Positions 39,975 to 53,641 of a stretch of DNA of 64,000 nucleotides are shown piece after piece (the stretch's first letter is position 1; each line of letters opens with the position of its first letter). Source of the stretch: Octopus vulgaris (Eukaryota); NCBI GenBank assembly GCA_951406725.2, contig OX597818.1, positions 31,496,001 to 31,560,000 of the forward strand. The letters are read 5' to 3'. Both the position numbers and the translations under genes were made by a program. The notes below the pieces were generated by a model, which was given only the letters and a program-made list of their open reading frames with translations, was not told the origin of the DNA and did no database searches.

Positions 39975-41800
39975 ATGATAATAATACTTTATTGGCCCCA
40001 AGCCCCACAGAAAACATATATAATAATACAAATACAAAGAACACTGGGGACTTACATAAATACATGTAAACTGCAAATAAATTAGCAAGAAAATTCTAAC
40101 AACAAAATTCCCTCATGGATCTCACAGATCCCGAGTCACCTTACTCACCAGGAGCACTACGGCAAATTGCTCCCCTACAGCCCTAATTTCTAGCTAATAG
40201 GCACATATTTAGAATAGATTCATCCACTCAAAAAATTTTCATAATATTCATTCACCTTTTTACATGTTTACTGAGAGTCAGCACTTCCCTCTCCACTTTG
40301 ACATGGTCTTAATAGTTGAGCTAGTAAAGGTCAAGGTGGGTTTAGCTGTAAAGGAAAATATCTGTTTTCAATCACTACACAACTTCTTTTGCGGTCACTA
40401 CACAAGTAAACTGCCGTATACAAAGGAACACTGCCTACCCTTCCCGGTCAAAAGAAGGCGTTGGAGACAGTTTTCCTGAAGGAGTCAGCCGATAGCTAAA
40501 TCCGTTCTACAGGTGACAACATTTGCTCGATATAACTTCACAAGTCAGCAATACTCAACCACTGGATGAGCGCATGCAGTACGAGTCCGTAGTTCAGCGG
40601 GCACCTCGGATAGATGTGGCTAACGGCACTACCACACTTGGAGCCTTCTTCAGTAGCACAGCGAAACCAGGAATTTCTCGAAAATTTCTATGGGCTCCGA
40701 CTCTAAAGACCTCAGGAAAAGACTAGCTGATTGATTTCATTGCTCTCTGAGTTTCTCTGAGGATTTCCTAGACCCCTGCTCCTACCCACCATTAATCCTA
40801 TATTAACCGCCATAATGGAAAACCACTGACTGCATTGCCGATAGCAGAGGGTTGTGAGCGCTTGGCGTGAGTAAAGGTGCCTGGCGCCTTGCATCAAGCT
40901 ACGCTTAGTCCCGGGATATAGCTCTATGAAAGAAGCGAATTGTGCAAAAGAGCGTCTAACAAAGGGCGACCACACCTGCTCACCGTCAAGGAAACACTGG
41001 AGGTATCGTAACCTCAGCGTATATCTGACCATTAGGTAGAACATTCCCAGTCCTCCACACGGCAGATGTTGACAGCAAATAGACCGTCTAACCAGTAGAA
41101 TGCGTTTCCTTCACGAAAAGCAGAAAGCAACAGCTCCATTCTGGTCAACCGTAGAGCAGGGTAAGACACGACGGTTAGTTGACAGTAGATGAGTTGGTAC
41201 AATGTAAGCATTCATCGCTTCTACCCAAACCTTCGGAGATTGTGTTCTCTCAGCCCACTTCTGGATGAGACTAGCCAACCTGCTCTTTCTCTCTTCCCAG
41301 TTGGCGTCCACCTGGAGATCTGGACAAAACCAAACCTCAGTAATTTAAGCGGTTCGTCTATCCAGCGTCCTACGATGTTGCTGGATGTTGTGGACCTGCA
41401 TCTTCAGACACTGAACTGGACCAACGACTTCTAGTTAATTTTTTGCTCCTGTTACAGCTCATTTTCCCCTGTGAGTAGTGTCACTTTAATATGTCCGGTG
41501 TCCGTCACTATTACGATAACGTTGTCTGCATACGCAAATTCGGATCTTACGCTTCCTAGTTCTCGTGGGATATCCTTGAAGCCTTCAACTTCTATGGTAG
41601 TAGTTCTAGGGTTGCCTTTCTTGTCGCTTCAACTGTTGATGTTGCTGCGGTTGTTTTTGTCTGTGCTGCCTTCATTCTTGTAGCTAGTGCAGCCACTGCT
41701 GTTGGCGCCACTGATATTCTCTCTGCTGATAGTTGTGGAGACATTTTAACTGTCACTTACTGATATTGATGTGGGAAAAAGATCTTGGAATCATACATAT
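39975..41800 (-). mobile_element. Decayed Tx1/L1-clade LINE (RT C-half to 3' end)
   Basis: Minus-strand pieces: AYADNVIVIV, TGAKIN, RRSICCQHLPCGGLGM, QVWSPFVRRSF and YPRC....VLHALIQ. The 3' end is GGGGCCAATAAAG at ~39990. Confidence 0.85.
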
Positions 41801-41879
41801 TGCTACAATTGTGATATCTAAATATTTCTAATTTTCACGAAAACCAGCAAATGCTGCCCACTTGATTTCAGTATGCCGT

Positions 41880-42330
41880 CAGAGATCCTTGATTTTAACA
41901 TAAATTTCTCACGTCTACTGGAGACGGTTGACTACTAGGCCAAGATCTCCTTGCCAACCTTAAATGCCAAGAACATTCCTAAGTATCTTAGCAGTCCCTA
42001 ATAATACTGTTTTCTGGAGCTGCACTAAACTAGGTTTTACGCCTATTTCCTCTATCCATCGGCTTAGATCTTTAAGGATATTTCCTAATGCACCCATAAC
42101 TACGGGGATACATTTTACTCGCATTACCCACCTGGTAATTTGTTATTTTCTCTATACTTCTCATATTAACTTTTTCATCATTTGGAATTCAATTACCTGA
42201 CAATTTCTATGTCTACTACTACTAAATAAGGCCTTCTAGCTGTCGGTCAGAATGTTAAAATCCCAAGCTTCTATTTTGTATTAACATCAGCGATTCTGAG
42301 GTGGATCCAAATATAACGCATTAGTACATC
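41880..42330 (-). mobile_element. R4/Dong-type LINE 3' end (RLE domain)
   Basis: WDFNILT..TARRPYLVVVD (RPD motif) then VKCIPVVMGALGNILKDLSRWIEEIGVKPSLVQLQKTVLLGTAKILRNVLGI*. Confidence 0.88.
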
Positions 42331-42622
42331 TGGAATCAACTCAGAAGCAGAGAGGGTCACTATAGTAGCTGAAAATCAGTGTTTGTCCACAAGTGGTTAA
42401 TAAGCGAATATACTTTAAAATGGCGGTGATTCTTCCTGTCACTTTTGTGGTACAACCAAAGAAACAATTAACAAACTTATAACTAGCAGTTCTATATTAA
42501 CCTCAACTGAGTATACTAATAACCATGTTAAATCTCATCAGTATTTGCACTGGATCATATGTGGTCAGTTATAACATTCATAAAAAACTAATTGGAATTT
42601 AAATCTGCTAATACTAGTACAA

Positions 42623-42881
42623 GTGGAGGCGCGTGGCTTAGTGGTTAGGGTGTCAGCACCATGATCGTAAGATTGTGGTTTTGATTTTTGGACCGGGCGA
42701 CGCGTTGTGTTCTTGAGCGAAACACTTCATTTCACGATGTTCCAGTTCACTCAGCTGGCAAAAATGAGTAACGCTGCGATGGACTGGCATCCCATCCAGC
42801 TGGGAAACACATACGCCATTGAAACCGGGAAACCGGGCCAATGAGCCTGGCTAGGCTTTAAAAGGGCGCATTTATTTATTT
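42623..42881 (+). mobile_element. SINE family B, full length
   Basis: GTGGAGGCGCGTGGCTTAGTGGTTAGGG...AAAAGGGCGCATTTATTTATTT; short TSD TAGTACAA. Confidence 0.92.
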
Positions 42882-43723
42882 AATATAGTACAAAATAAAC
42901 CCCACACTATTCTTTTGGGATTTTAGTATTTAGACTGATCAAGCTATTGAAGCCAATAAGCAAAAAATAGTTCCGATTTCAAATCACAATCGATGTTGAA
43001 TTAATATTTCAACATTTGGGGGGCCTATAAAGCGTTACAGCAAAATACATGAGTTTATTTTAACGGCAGTTCCCCTCCCTAAAGTGGTTGGCCATGTAAC
43101 TGTGTTACGAATTATATTATTTACTACTGATAGGTTTAAAGTGTTTCAATTTCAAATATGAACTGAACTTCAAATGAAAGAATCATAAATGGTTTTTTTT
43201 TACATAGTTTTATAGTTTTCTTTATACAGTATTATTGATTGGTCTTGTTTATCGAATATCGATACGCGTCAGAACATGAATGCTAATCGATAAATGCTCT
43301 TTAATTCAATTTAATGTCTGCGGATTCTTTCAATTTACGAACATATCTCAATTTCATAAAATCCGATATACTAACCCTAACAAGTTTAAATGAAGTGAAA
43401 AAAAAAAGAAAGAAAAAAACTACACAAAACGAAGAGCTTCTAATCGATATTATTATTCCCACCCACAGATTTAGTCATTTTTCCTCTACCAAACACCCGG
43501 CTAACCGATATAAAAACAGCGTTGCCATCTAGCCTGTACCCAACAAAAAAGCAAAAGGAAGCTAACAACTAAACCAGCAACCAGTCAGTCAGTCAGCCAG
43601 ACGTCCATGTACCGAAAGAACGACTCATCCGTCTAATGATAATTCATCCGTGTCATCATGGGTGATTTACATGATACGAGACACAGCAACAATTATCTAG
43701 CTGAAGATAATACGACCAATCTC

Positions 43724-43817
<94 letters not shown>

Positions 43818-44015
43818 ACCGTCTGTCTGCCTATGTCTATAACACTTAGGTTTATATGTAGATGTAAACTAGATCCCATACAATAACACACCGACAATTT
43901 ATTTCCGCAGTACCCATAGATATCCCACCACACAAACACACAAAGGATATATATATGGAGAGAGAGAGAGAGAGAGAAAGAGAGGGAGAGAGAGAGAAAG
44001 AGATACATATATACG

Positions 44016-44059
<44 letters not shown>

Positions 44060-44872
44060 TATATGTGTGTATGTGTGTATACATATATACATGCATATAT
44101 ACAAGTGTGTGTATATGTATTTATGCGTATGTATATGTATATATGTATCTATTACATATCACTCAAAATATGTACGCATGTATGTGTGTATATGAACCGA
44201 GCGAGCAACAAAGAGAGAGAAAGACAGAGAGAGAGAGAAAGAGAGAGAGAGAGATAGAAAAAGATAGACAGAGAAAGAGCGAGAATGTGTATGTGTGTGT
44301 GTATATGTGTGTATATGTATGAAAAGTTGGGAGGGAAAGAGATGTAAATTCTCATTAAATAAACTGAAAGTTCTCAACAGAAGCCGCTGTTGAAACTAAT
44401 TCCGAAGCAGCGGCTCTGTAGTGTGATTTACGCAATGAGAGATAAGTGTCCTCTGCTTTCTTATCCAATAAGTGTAAGAGGGCCATATATACCGCCACGC
44501 TCTGTCCACACCAACCCCATCACGTCTGGCATTGAGGTAAATGTTAGCGTAAAGATTACTTCAGTTCACGAACCGAACACATATATCTCATTTCTCCCTT
44601 CTACGACATTCCTGTTTTAGACATATCGAATCCAATCTCTGACATATTTTGTCGTCAGACACATACACACGTATGTGTGCACCCACACGCACACGCACAC
44701 ACAAGCACGCGCACACATGGATTTATACAGTGTGTGTGTGTGTGTTTATGTGTGTTTATGTGTATGTATACATACAGACGTAAATGTAAATGTATCTAGA
44801 GACGTAAATATAAATGTATAAAATTTCTATATTTGCATACATGTATATATATTTACTCACATATACTTTAAA

Positions 44873-45015
<143 letters not shown>

Positions 45016-45120
45016 TATATATTAATATATATAAAAATTTTGAGAAGGTTTAAAGATGATGTACAGGTATTTTATATTAGAAGAAATGAGGTACTCAGAA
45101 ATTCGGATGTATATACATAC

Positions 45121-45165
<45 letters not shown>

Positions 45166-45167
45166 TA

Positions 45168-45207
<40 letters not shown>

Positions 45208-45242
45208 TATATATAATTATGTATATACATATATACTCACAC

Positions 45243-45363
45243 TCTTTTATTTGTTTCAGTCACTTGACTGCGGCCATGCTGCAGCACCGCCTTTAGTCGA
45301 ACAAATTGACCCCAGGACTTATTCTTTGTAAGCCTGGTACTTATTCTATCGGTCTCTTTTGCC
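45243..45363 (-). mobile_element. SINE family A 3' fragment
   Basis: TGTTTCAGTCACTTGACTGCGGCCATGCTG...CTCTTTTGCC. Confidence 0.85.
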
Positions 45364-45764
45364 TCTATATTTCTACTGTCACTCCTCTCAAGTACCTCCA
45401 CATTACTAATGGCCATTTTCCAATTTATCCCCCAAATTTTTCTCAGGCAGTATCAGAGATAAATTAAGTGATAGAGATAAACAAAAAATGTAAAAAGTAC
45501 TAAGGTTAATTCGATCGACTATAACCTTTAAGGGGGTTCCCCAGTTTGGTCGCATTTCAGAGAGTGAAACAAACAAAAGAATAATTGCATCGGATTAAGA
45601 AAAGAAAAAATCAAAACATCTCGTCTTTAATTAGATGTTTTGTTTAAAACATCTCGTCTTTAATGAGATGAGAGCTCAGATAGAACGTATTCAGTACTGA
45701 AGTTGTTTGTTTTTCTGTCTGTGTCTCTATCTCCCTATTTCTCTCCCTGTCTCTTATACAAATA

Positions 45765-45995
45765 TTCTTTTCAAATGTTGGCACAAGACCAGTAATTTCG
45801 TGTGTCTGTATGTGAGTGGTGGAGATAAGTCGGTTAAACCAACCCCAGTACTCAACTGGTACTCGTCTTATCGACTTCCAAAGGATAAAAGGCAAATTTC
45901 ATTTCGGCGGAATTTGAATTCAGAACGCAAAGTCGGACGAAATGCCACTAAGAATTTTCACCGGTGTGATAACCATTCTGCCAGCTCGCCACCTC
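45765..45995 (-). mobile_element. SINE family D
   Basis: Core and head CTGCCAGCTCGCCACC. Confidence 0.75.
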
Positions 45996-46294
45996 TCCCT
46001 CATACAAATACTGGAAGTTAATCAGTTCTCTGCTCTGTCGCTCATCTCTGTCTTTCTATCTCTCTCCTATTTCTCTCCCACAGCTCTATATCTTTATTCT
46101 TTACTCTCATTCACACTCTGATACCATTTCTAAGTTTTGGGATGAACACATTATATAATCAAACCGCAGAGTATTCTTATCATTCTTAGTGATAAACCCA
46201 GCGTCGGCCTTGATTAAGTAACATCAGTAATTAGTGTTTCAGCTGTGATAATTCTCTCATATAAATTTTAGACTCTTAAGCATATCTTATAGCT

Positions 46295-46507
46295 TTCATT
46301 TGTTTTAATCATTGGACTTCAGCCATGCTGGGGCACCGCCTTGAAGGGTTTAGTCGAATACATCGGCCACAGTACTTATTTTTTGAAAGTCTGGTACTTA
46401 GTCTGTCGGTCTCTTTTGCCGAACCACTAGAACGTAAACAAAGCGACATTAGTTATCAAACTGTGGTCGGGACAAACACACGAGCATGCGTGCACAGGCA
46501 TACACAC

Positions 46508-46565
<58 letters not shown>

Positions 46566-46851
46566 CAAATTTATAGAAAAACAAAGACAAAGACAGGTGT
46601 AGAAACAACAAGCATGAGTTTTAATTTGACGCTCGGTGAAAATGGAAAAGTCTTTTACGTTTCGCGCCTACGTTTATATATACATATATACGACACACTT
46701 CTTTCAGTTTCACTCTAACAAATCCACTCACAAGGCATTGGTCAGCTCAGAGCTATAGTTGGAGGCACTTGCCCAAGGTGCCTGGTGCAGCGAGACTGAA
46801 CTTGGAACCAAGTGTTTGGGTAGCAAACTTCTTACCATTCAGCCACGCCTA
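46295..46851 (-). mobile_element. SINE family A with a foreign insert (46561-46675) in its central (TA)n
   Basis: Tail at 46295-46480, head at 46690-46851. Confidence 0.8.
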
Positions 46852-47494
46852 TGTTATCCAGTGTGTCTTTCGGTTTTCTAAGATGGTAGTGTTTGATGTG
46901 AATAAGATGTAGCTGTTATCTTTAGCAGATGGCATCTGGGGTACTTATCAATATGTATATTCAATTCTGAGTTATTAACACCAAAATCTTTTGTCGAGTT
47001 CTGTAACATCGGATTATTTTAAAGAATTAACGTCATGTCTTCTTTTCTGGAATTCTTACTTTTTTGTATTTTAAACATTCTGTCAGCGCTAGTTATTTTT
47101 TAATGAATATTATTCAAAATTTTCCATTTATTATGCTGCTGCAAATTTGAAATTGAATAAAATCAAATTTTCACTCTCCTAACTTGACAGTTCAAATATG
47201 AAATGATATAATGTGTAAAATATTTATTTTCTATATTTTATCAAAATTTCTATTGGAAAGAGAGAAGAAACTAAATACAAAGTATATTATGTGATAAATT
47301 CGGCTCAGAACAAGAAAAGTATTAAATCAGCTCAAACAAATTGGTAGAGTAGTCAGTTGGACGTCGGAGAGAGTACTTCGCGATAAGTGTTCCGACTCTC
47401 TGCGTTGTGAGTTCAAATTCTATGGAGATCAACTTCGCTTATTTATTTATTTATTTACTTTTTCAATAAAAGTGCCCAAATCCTGGATTGTACT

Positions 47495-48240
47495 TGTACT
47501 TGCGGCAGCATTCGCCTGTGGTAGGTTGAGACGGCTTCGACCAACGAGTTCACGTCGTCTCTCACAAATGCTGTTCCTCACGAATGCTGACCGCATCCGG
47601 TCACAGTCGAGGCTGCAATGGATACCCACTTCCGGTTCCACTGCAGCGTAAACGCCGTGGCCGCACTTGTCATTCGCTGTTGATATGTAGAGTGCATTTT
47701 CAGAGTTTCAGGGGGAAACAAGTTCACATGTGGCCCCTTGTTACATGCACACACACTTTGGGACAATGCGAACCGTAGCAAATCATTTTACCATCGATAA
47801 TCAACCGTCGCATGGGATTCGTTAACCAAGTCACTGCCGATTAGTAGAATAGACGTAGCTTGGGTTTGGGGCGGGTTCTAGAGATATGTTCTAACGAAAG
47901 CTAATTAGGCGCTTCACTCCTAAGTGTCTTCTAGCACGCCAGACACCAACCCAGAATTTCTGAGGGTCCGTGCTGTTGCTAGATATTCGTTGAATCTACA
48001 CTAGGTTCATCCGTCCTTTTGGCAGGCCTTGTTTTTAGTTCTGCAGGGTTTCTAGCAACACTCCTCACCAAGTAAGCCTAGTAGGAATGCCGGTTTAATC
48101 GCCGACGACCCGACCATGCGATACGTTGTACTAGATTCAATGTTACCAGCAGTACTCATTAAAGACCTTACGAATGACGTGCATTGGCGGAATTAAGACA
48201 GTAGGGCCCGATAACTTGTAGTATTAAGGTTCGGTTCTCT
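47495..48240 (-). mobile_element. Probable 5' UTR and N-terminal zinc-finger remnant of an RLE-type non-LTR element
   Basis: GC-richer block. Minus frames give Cys/His-rich TVTGCGQH and KCGH...IHCSLDC, with frameshifts. Assignment is tentative. Confidence 0.4.
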
Positions 48241-48263
48241 GCGTTCTGCTGTGGAATGCTTGT

Positions 48264-48859
48264 TATTTTTTTATTGCTCACAAGGTGCTAAACACAGAGA
48301 GGACAGACAAAGGAATTAAGTCGATTACATCGACCACAGTGCCTAACTGGTACCTAATTTATCGACCCCGAAAGGATGAAAGGCAAAGTCGACCTAGGCG
48401 GAATTTGAACTCAGAACGTAACGGTTGAAGGAATACCTATTTCTTTACTACCCAGAAGGGGCTAAACACAGATAGGACAAACAAGTACAGACAAACGGAT
48501 TAAATCGATTAAATCGACCCCACTGCGTAACTGGTACTTAATTAATCGACCCCGAAAGGATGAAAGGCAAAGTCAACTACGGCGGAATTTGAACTCAGAA
48601 CATAAAAACAGACGAAATACCTATTTCTTTCCTACCGACAAGGGGCTAAACATAGAGAGGACAAACAAAGACAGACAAACGGATTAAGTATCGATTTTAT
48701 CGACCCTAGTGTGTAACCGGTACTTATTTAATCGACCCCGAAAGTATGAAAGGCAAAGTCGACCTCGGCGGAATTTGAACTCAGAACGTAACGGCAGACG
48801 AAATACCGCTAAGCATTTCGCCCGGTGTGCTAACGTTTCTACCAGCTCGCCGCCTTAAA
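48264..48859 (-). mobile_element. SINE family D head plus three tandem bodies within one 17-bp TSD
   Basis: Three ~180-bp units; TGCTGTGGAATGCTTGT at 48247-48263 and 48860-48876. Confidence 0.9.
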
Positions 48860-48879
48860 TGCTGTGGAATGCTTGTATT

Positions 48880-49187
48880 ATGAGGTTAGGGTATTCGGCA
48901 TACTATCGTAAGGTCGTGAGTTCGATTGCCAGCGGCACGTTGTGTCCGTGAACAAGAAAACTTTATTTCACGTTCCTTCAGTTCACTCAGCTGGCAAAAA
49001 TAAGTTGTACCTGTATTTCAAGGAGCCAACTTTGTCACATTCTGTGTCGTGCTGTATCTCCTTGAGAACTACGTTAAGGGTACGCGTGTCTGTGGAGCCC
49101 TCAGCCACTTGCACGTTAATTTCACTAGAAGGTAGTTCTGTTGCTGGGATGAACTGGAACTCTTGTCGTCGTGACCGACGAAGTGCC
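48880..49187 (+). mobile_element. SINE with B-like head and tail 2
   Basis: GGTTAGGGT...TTCACTCAGCTGGCAAAAAT then GTACCTGTATTTCAA...GACCGACG, as in 30450-30635. Confidence 0.8.
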
Positions 49188-49818
49188 TGTATTGTCTCTG
49201 GGCTCTTTCTAATGTACGATATGTAGAGTGTGATTTAATGGAGATTTTGTTGCTTTTTCAAGTAGGTTGACTCTATAGAGACTTTTTGGTGGTGCTGTTG
49301 TTAAGCCCCACTTCTGTCCTGATTGAAGAGATCTCTGTTCAAAAATATTCCTGCTGTAACCATACCATCACAGCTGGAATTCTTTTGTATCTCTGAGACT
49401 ACATTGTATAATGATCCTTTTTCGATGACAATATATTTCAGGAAGATTTGCCTGCTATTTCTAGCAGCTTAGACAACTACATTAAAGTACTTTCAGGGTA
49501 AAGGCTTTCTTTTGTGCGTGGTGGCGGTTCGGAAGATGAGAGTGAAAATGATGATAAAAGTGAAGTTGCTTTCATGATGATAATGAAGATGTTAAGAAAC
49601 TGATAAAGATAATAATGATGATGAGAATGAGGAGTGGGGCTTTAAAGATGAAGATGAATTCAAAATCGCGAATTTGCATTTATTCTTTCAGAGTAGGTAA
49701 CGTTAGGTGTCAGTCAAATATTGGACTCAATATAATCGACTGCTCCTATTCTCGTCCCCAAAATATCTGGTCGTGTGCTTACGTAGAAAATCATACTTTT
49801 TCTTTTATACCAAAGCTA

Positions 49819-50238
49819 GGATTTTTTCGGTTTGAACGGCAGTTTTTAACATAATTTCTAGGTAACTAAAAAATTTTAAACTTCGTATACTGGTAGAATG
49901 TGTTTATAAAACATCTTTTTCTCTTGGCTTTATTGAGAAAATTCTATAGTTTGTAAGATATTTGTTGTTTTTTTTCTTCAATTTCTGCAATTTCAACCAA
50001 TCACTGACGTCTATTGAGTTAAAAAGCATTCTGTGCCGTATAAATATGTCCCTCGTTTAAGAAACAGATTGGGTTTATTTACATTTTATTACATAGAAAA
50101 AAAGATGCCCTTCCCCCACCCCTAATCCTAACTCTAAAAGAGATTGAAATGCAATAGATCGATTCTAGGGTCATAATTATGGGTGACAATTTCATATGAC
50201 ACCGCTAGAAAAAACTGCCGTTCAAACCGAAAAGATCC
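49819..50238 (-). mobile_element. Second copy of the GG..CC MITE (inverted relative to 21762-22184)
   Basis: TIRs GGATTTTTTCGGTTTGAACGGCAGTTTT / AAAACTGCCGTTCAAACCGAAAAGATCC; perfect TSD CAAAGCTA at 49811-49818 and 50239-50246. Confidence 0.92.
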
Positions 50239-51066
50239 CAAAGCTATTCGTTGGTGCATATGTTGATCTTTTTTCGGTGCCAACTAACTCTTGTAAACAT
50301 GCATCTATTAGGCCTTTTTGGAATTAAATATTACAACGCATACAAACTCTTAAAAGAAATTCAGTCCCTAAGTGTTATCAACCTGTGGCTAAGAAAGAAG
50401 AAAATATTCTATATTAACCCGATATCACTGACCTCAAGATATCACAATAAATTTATCATGTTTAGACCACACATTGTTATAAAAGAAATCAACTGGGGCT
50501 CCCCATTGATATTTTACTAAATTGCTTGGTAACAGAAAAGCAACCCCCAAAACAAACAAAAACAAAAGCAGACCATTAAAATGCTTAAAAAGGAATACAT
50601 AAACAAATTTTGCGACAGATGTGTTTGACTACTTCTAAAAACAGTTCCCTAGGGCGTGTTTCTTCTCCCCATAAAACCCTTTTATTCTTATCTTTGCTCT
50701 TGATACAAGTCGACCTTTGTATCAACCGAAAGTTTCTGCTAAGTCTCAAAACTTCGCTCTCGGATATGGTTTTTATCTACCAGTTTCATTCGCCTCGGGT
50801 CGATGATAATGGCGCTCTGATTCTACTGACCTCTACCCCACTTCTCTTGCTTGCCGACACCACTTTACCTCGGAGCCACCTCTTAATCGTAAAATGGTTT
50901 TTATAGACGATAAACAAATGCATACAAATGTTTAGCCTTAAAAGAAAGGTGAGTGTGTATATGTTTGTGTGTTTGGGTGTAATTGTTCACAACTTCGTTT
51001 GTATATAATGTATTCTATACATAAGTGGGGAGTCTCTGCGTACACCTTTGTACATACATACATACA

Positions 51067-51152
<86 letters not shown>

Positions 51153-51763
51153 CATGTGTGTGTGTGTGCGAGTAAGTGTGCATGTGTGTTCGTTTGGAGT
51201 GAGTGGCTGGTTAAAGAGAACTAATTTATGATCCTGTTTTCAGCGAGTGTTTAAAGAAAACACTCAATTGCTTTGATAATAGCAGATTAGAAATAACAAT
51301 CTCGCTTGCGTTTGTGTTCTTGTGTTCTTTGTTTAGAGAGCTTATATTCCTTTCTAATAACATATGATACATATAAGAACAACAGGATTGGTTGGCAGTA
51401 TAAAAAAAGAACTGAACAAAATAAAAAGTACATAAAATAAATAAAACGGAGACGAATATGATGGTGGGGGTAAGAAGAAATCAATTAATTGGAAAGTAAA
51501 GCAGAAGAAAAAAAAAACAACTTCAACAACTTGGTAATATTTACCCTTTTAATAGTTTGACCTTTGACAAGCAAGAATAACCTCACAAAAAAGAAATTAT
51601 AAACACACAGCTAAATTCTAATAGTCGTTTTACAGACCAATGAAAAACAAGTTTAAACTATTGCCAAAAGCAATTGAATAGATTAGAGTAATTAAATCTA
51701 TAAAAAAAAACAACGTTTCACTCGCTATTTAAAGAGGCAGTTTTATGGTAACACGCGCACGCA

Positions 51764-51853
<90 letters not shown>

Positions 51854-52159
51854 GTGCTACAATGCTAAAGTTTTTCAGAGTAATAAATAAGTGTCTTGTA
51901 AAATAACTCCTAACATTTTCAAGCCTTAAACCTAAAGTTCAGACAGAAAAGCTAGCTGAAGGTTACCGTATACAAAACTAAAGTTTAGGAAGAACAAATC
52001 TATCTATTCGTCGCACACATATTCATACGTACATATATTTATATTTGTATATGTACATGATAGGATGATTTGTTAATAGTTTTATGGTGCGTGGGACAAA
52101 CGTAAAATTTGCTTCAAACTAAATGCTTACAGATATAGATCGGCCATGCGTAACGTATT

Positions 52160-52377
52160 CTTTTACTCTTTTACTTGTTTCAGTCATTTGACTGCGGCCA
52201 TGCTGGAGCACCGCCTTATTCTTTGTAAGCCTAGTACTTATTCTATCGGTCTATTTTGCCGAACCGCTAAGTTACGCGACGTAAACCCACCAGCATCGGT
52301 TGTCAAGTGATGTAGGAGGGGGGGGGATAAACACAGACACATACACACACACACACACTCACACATATATATATATG

Positions 52378-52409
<32 letters not shown>

Positions 52410-52757
52410 GCAATAATAATTCTCTAGAAGAGATATAGACAGTAACTGCTCGATAACATAAGGGACTAAAGCCATCTGAATATGGCTAGGGACAGGATGC
52501 AACAGTAACACCCCCACCACCCTGCCCTGTCCCTAGCCATATTCAGATGGCTTTAGTCCCTTATGTTATATATATATATATATATATACACATACGACGG
52601 AATTCTTTTAGTTTCCGTCTACCAAATCCACTCAAGAGGCTTTATTCGGCCCGAGGCTATAGTAGAAGACACTTGCCCAAGGTGCCACGCAGTGGGACTG
52701 AACCCAGAACCACGTGGCTGGTAAGCAAGCTACTTACCACACAGCCACTTCTGCGCC
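52160..52757 (-). mobile_element. SINE family A with a fold-back insert in its central (TA)n
   Basis: Tail at 52160-52340, head at 52593-52757. Confidence 0.88.
52411..52569 (-). mobile_element. Fold-back element with one-sided tail (family G relative)
   Basis: Perfect 44-bp arms 52453-52496 / 52526-52569. The tail at 52411-52452 resembles the family G tail. Confidence 0.8.
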
Positions 52758-53324
52758 TATGTATGTATAAATAGGCTTTACATAAGTGGCTTGAAAACAT
52801 TATTTCTAAGCAGCGATTGTTTTCTCTGAAGCAAGCGAAGTATTTCTGGCTTTAAGTAAAAGGATATTTTTACATTTTAACTTTTATTACTTCATTTACA
52901 TAGTTATAGGATTGTAGCTATGCTGGAACACCACCTAAGTTGTCTACTTCTATATCGAACATTACTGCCTGATCTTATCTATGTTACTTTACGATGTCTC
53001 CTTGTCGAAGCGATTGGTGAGGCACATATCATATAGCTTTGTTGGTTAGAAAATATAACAATACGATGTAATGATTATGAGGAGTGAGATTCTGGAAGTT
53101 AGAGAAATAAATAGATAACGTTGTTAAATAAATATAAAAGTGAAAGTAAATATAAAAGTGGAAGTAACTATAAAAGTGAAAGTAGATATAAATATATAAC
53201 GTTTGTAAGAGCGAGCAATTTACTGAAATTAGTTGACAGCTCTCAGAAATATACTAAAAGAAAATATTGTTTTCCTATTACGAGGACTAACTAGTACTAA
53301 ATGAACGTATTATGGACTGAATAA

Positions 53325-53575
53325 AAGCGCAAGGCCTAGTGGCTAGATGTTGCTTTGACGATCTGCCGATCGTGGTCCCTAGGTCGGGCTGTGCGTCGTT
53401 CTTTTGAGTAAAACACCTCCTTTCATGTTGTTCTGCGATCACTTCGACATCTGACGTGTGAAACACCTTGCATCTTATATACAGGCAGTGTTGATTTGAA
53501 GGAGGGAGCGATCCAATGTACAACACAAGCATTTGGTCACTGTAAAACAAATCGTCTGTGCAGACTGGTCGGCAA
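53325..53575 (+). mobile_element. SINE with B-like head and tail 3
   Basis: GGCCTAGTGG...TTGAGTAAAACAC...TGTTCTGCGATCACTTCGACATCTGA. Confidence 0.6.
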
Positions 53576-53609
53576 GTAGTTGCTGATTCACCTTTCTCAG
53601 ACTTGAGAG

Positions 53610-53641
<32 letters not shown>

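Noticed and set aside
48264-48859. Regular repeats as a CRISPR array
   Set aside because: Units are whole ~180-bp SINE bodies without unique spacers; the context is eukaryotic and there are no cas genes.
53133-53190. 18-bp unit repeated three times (TATAAAAGTGAAAGTAAA)
   Set aside because: Ordinary short minisatellite.
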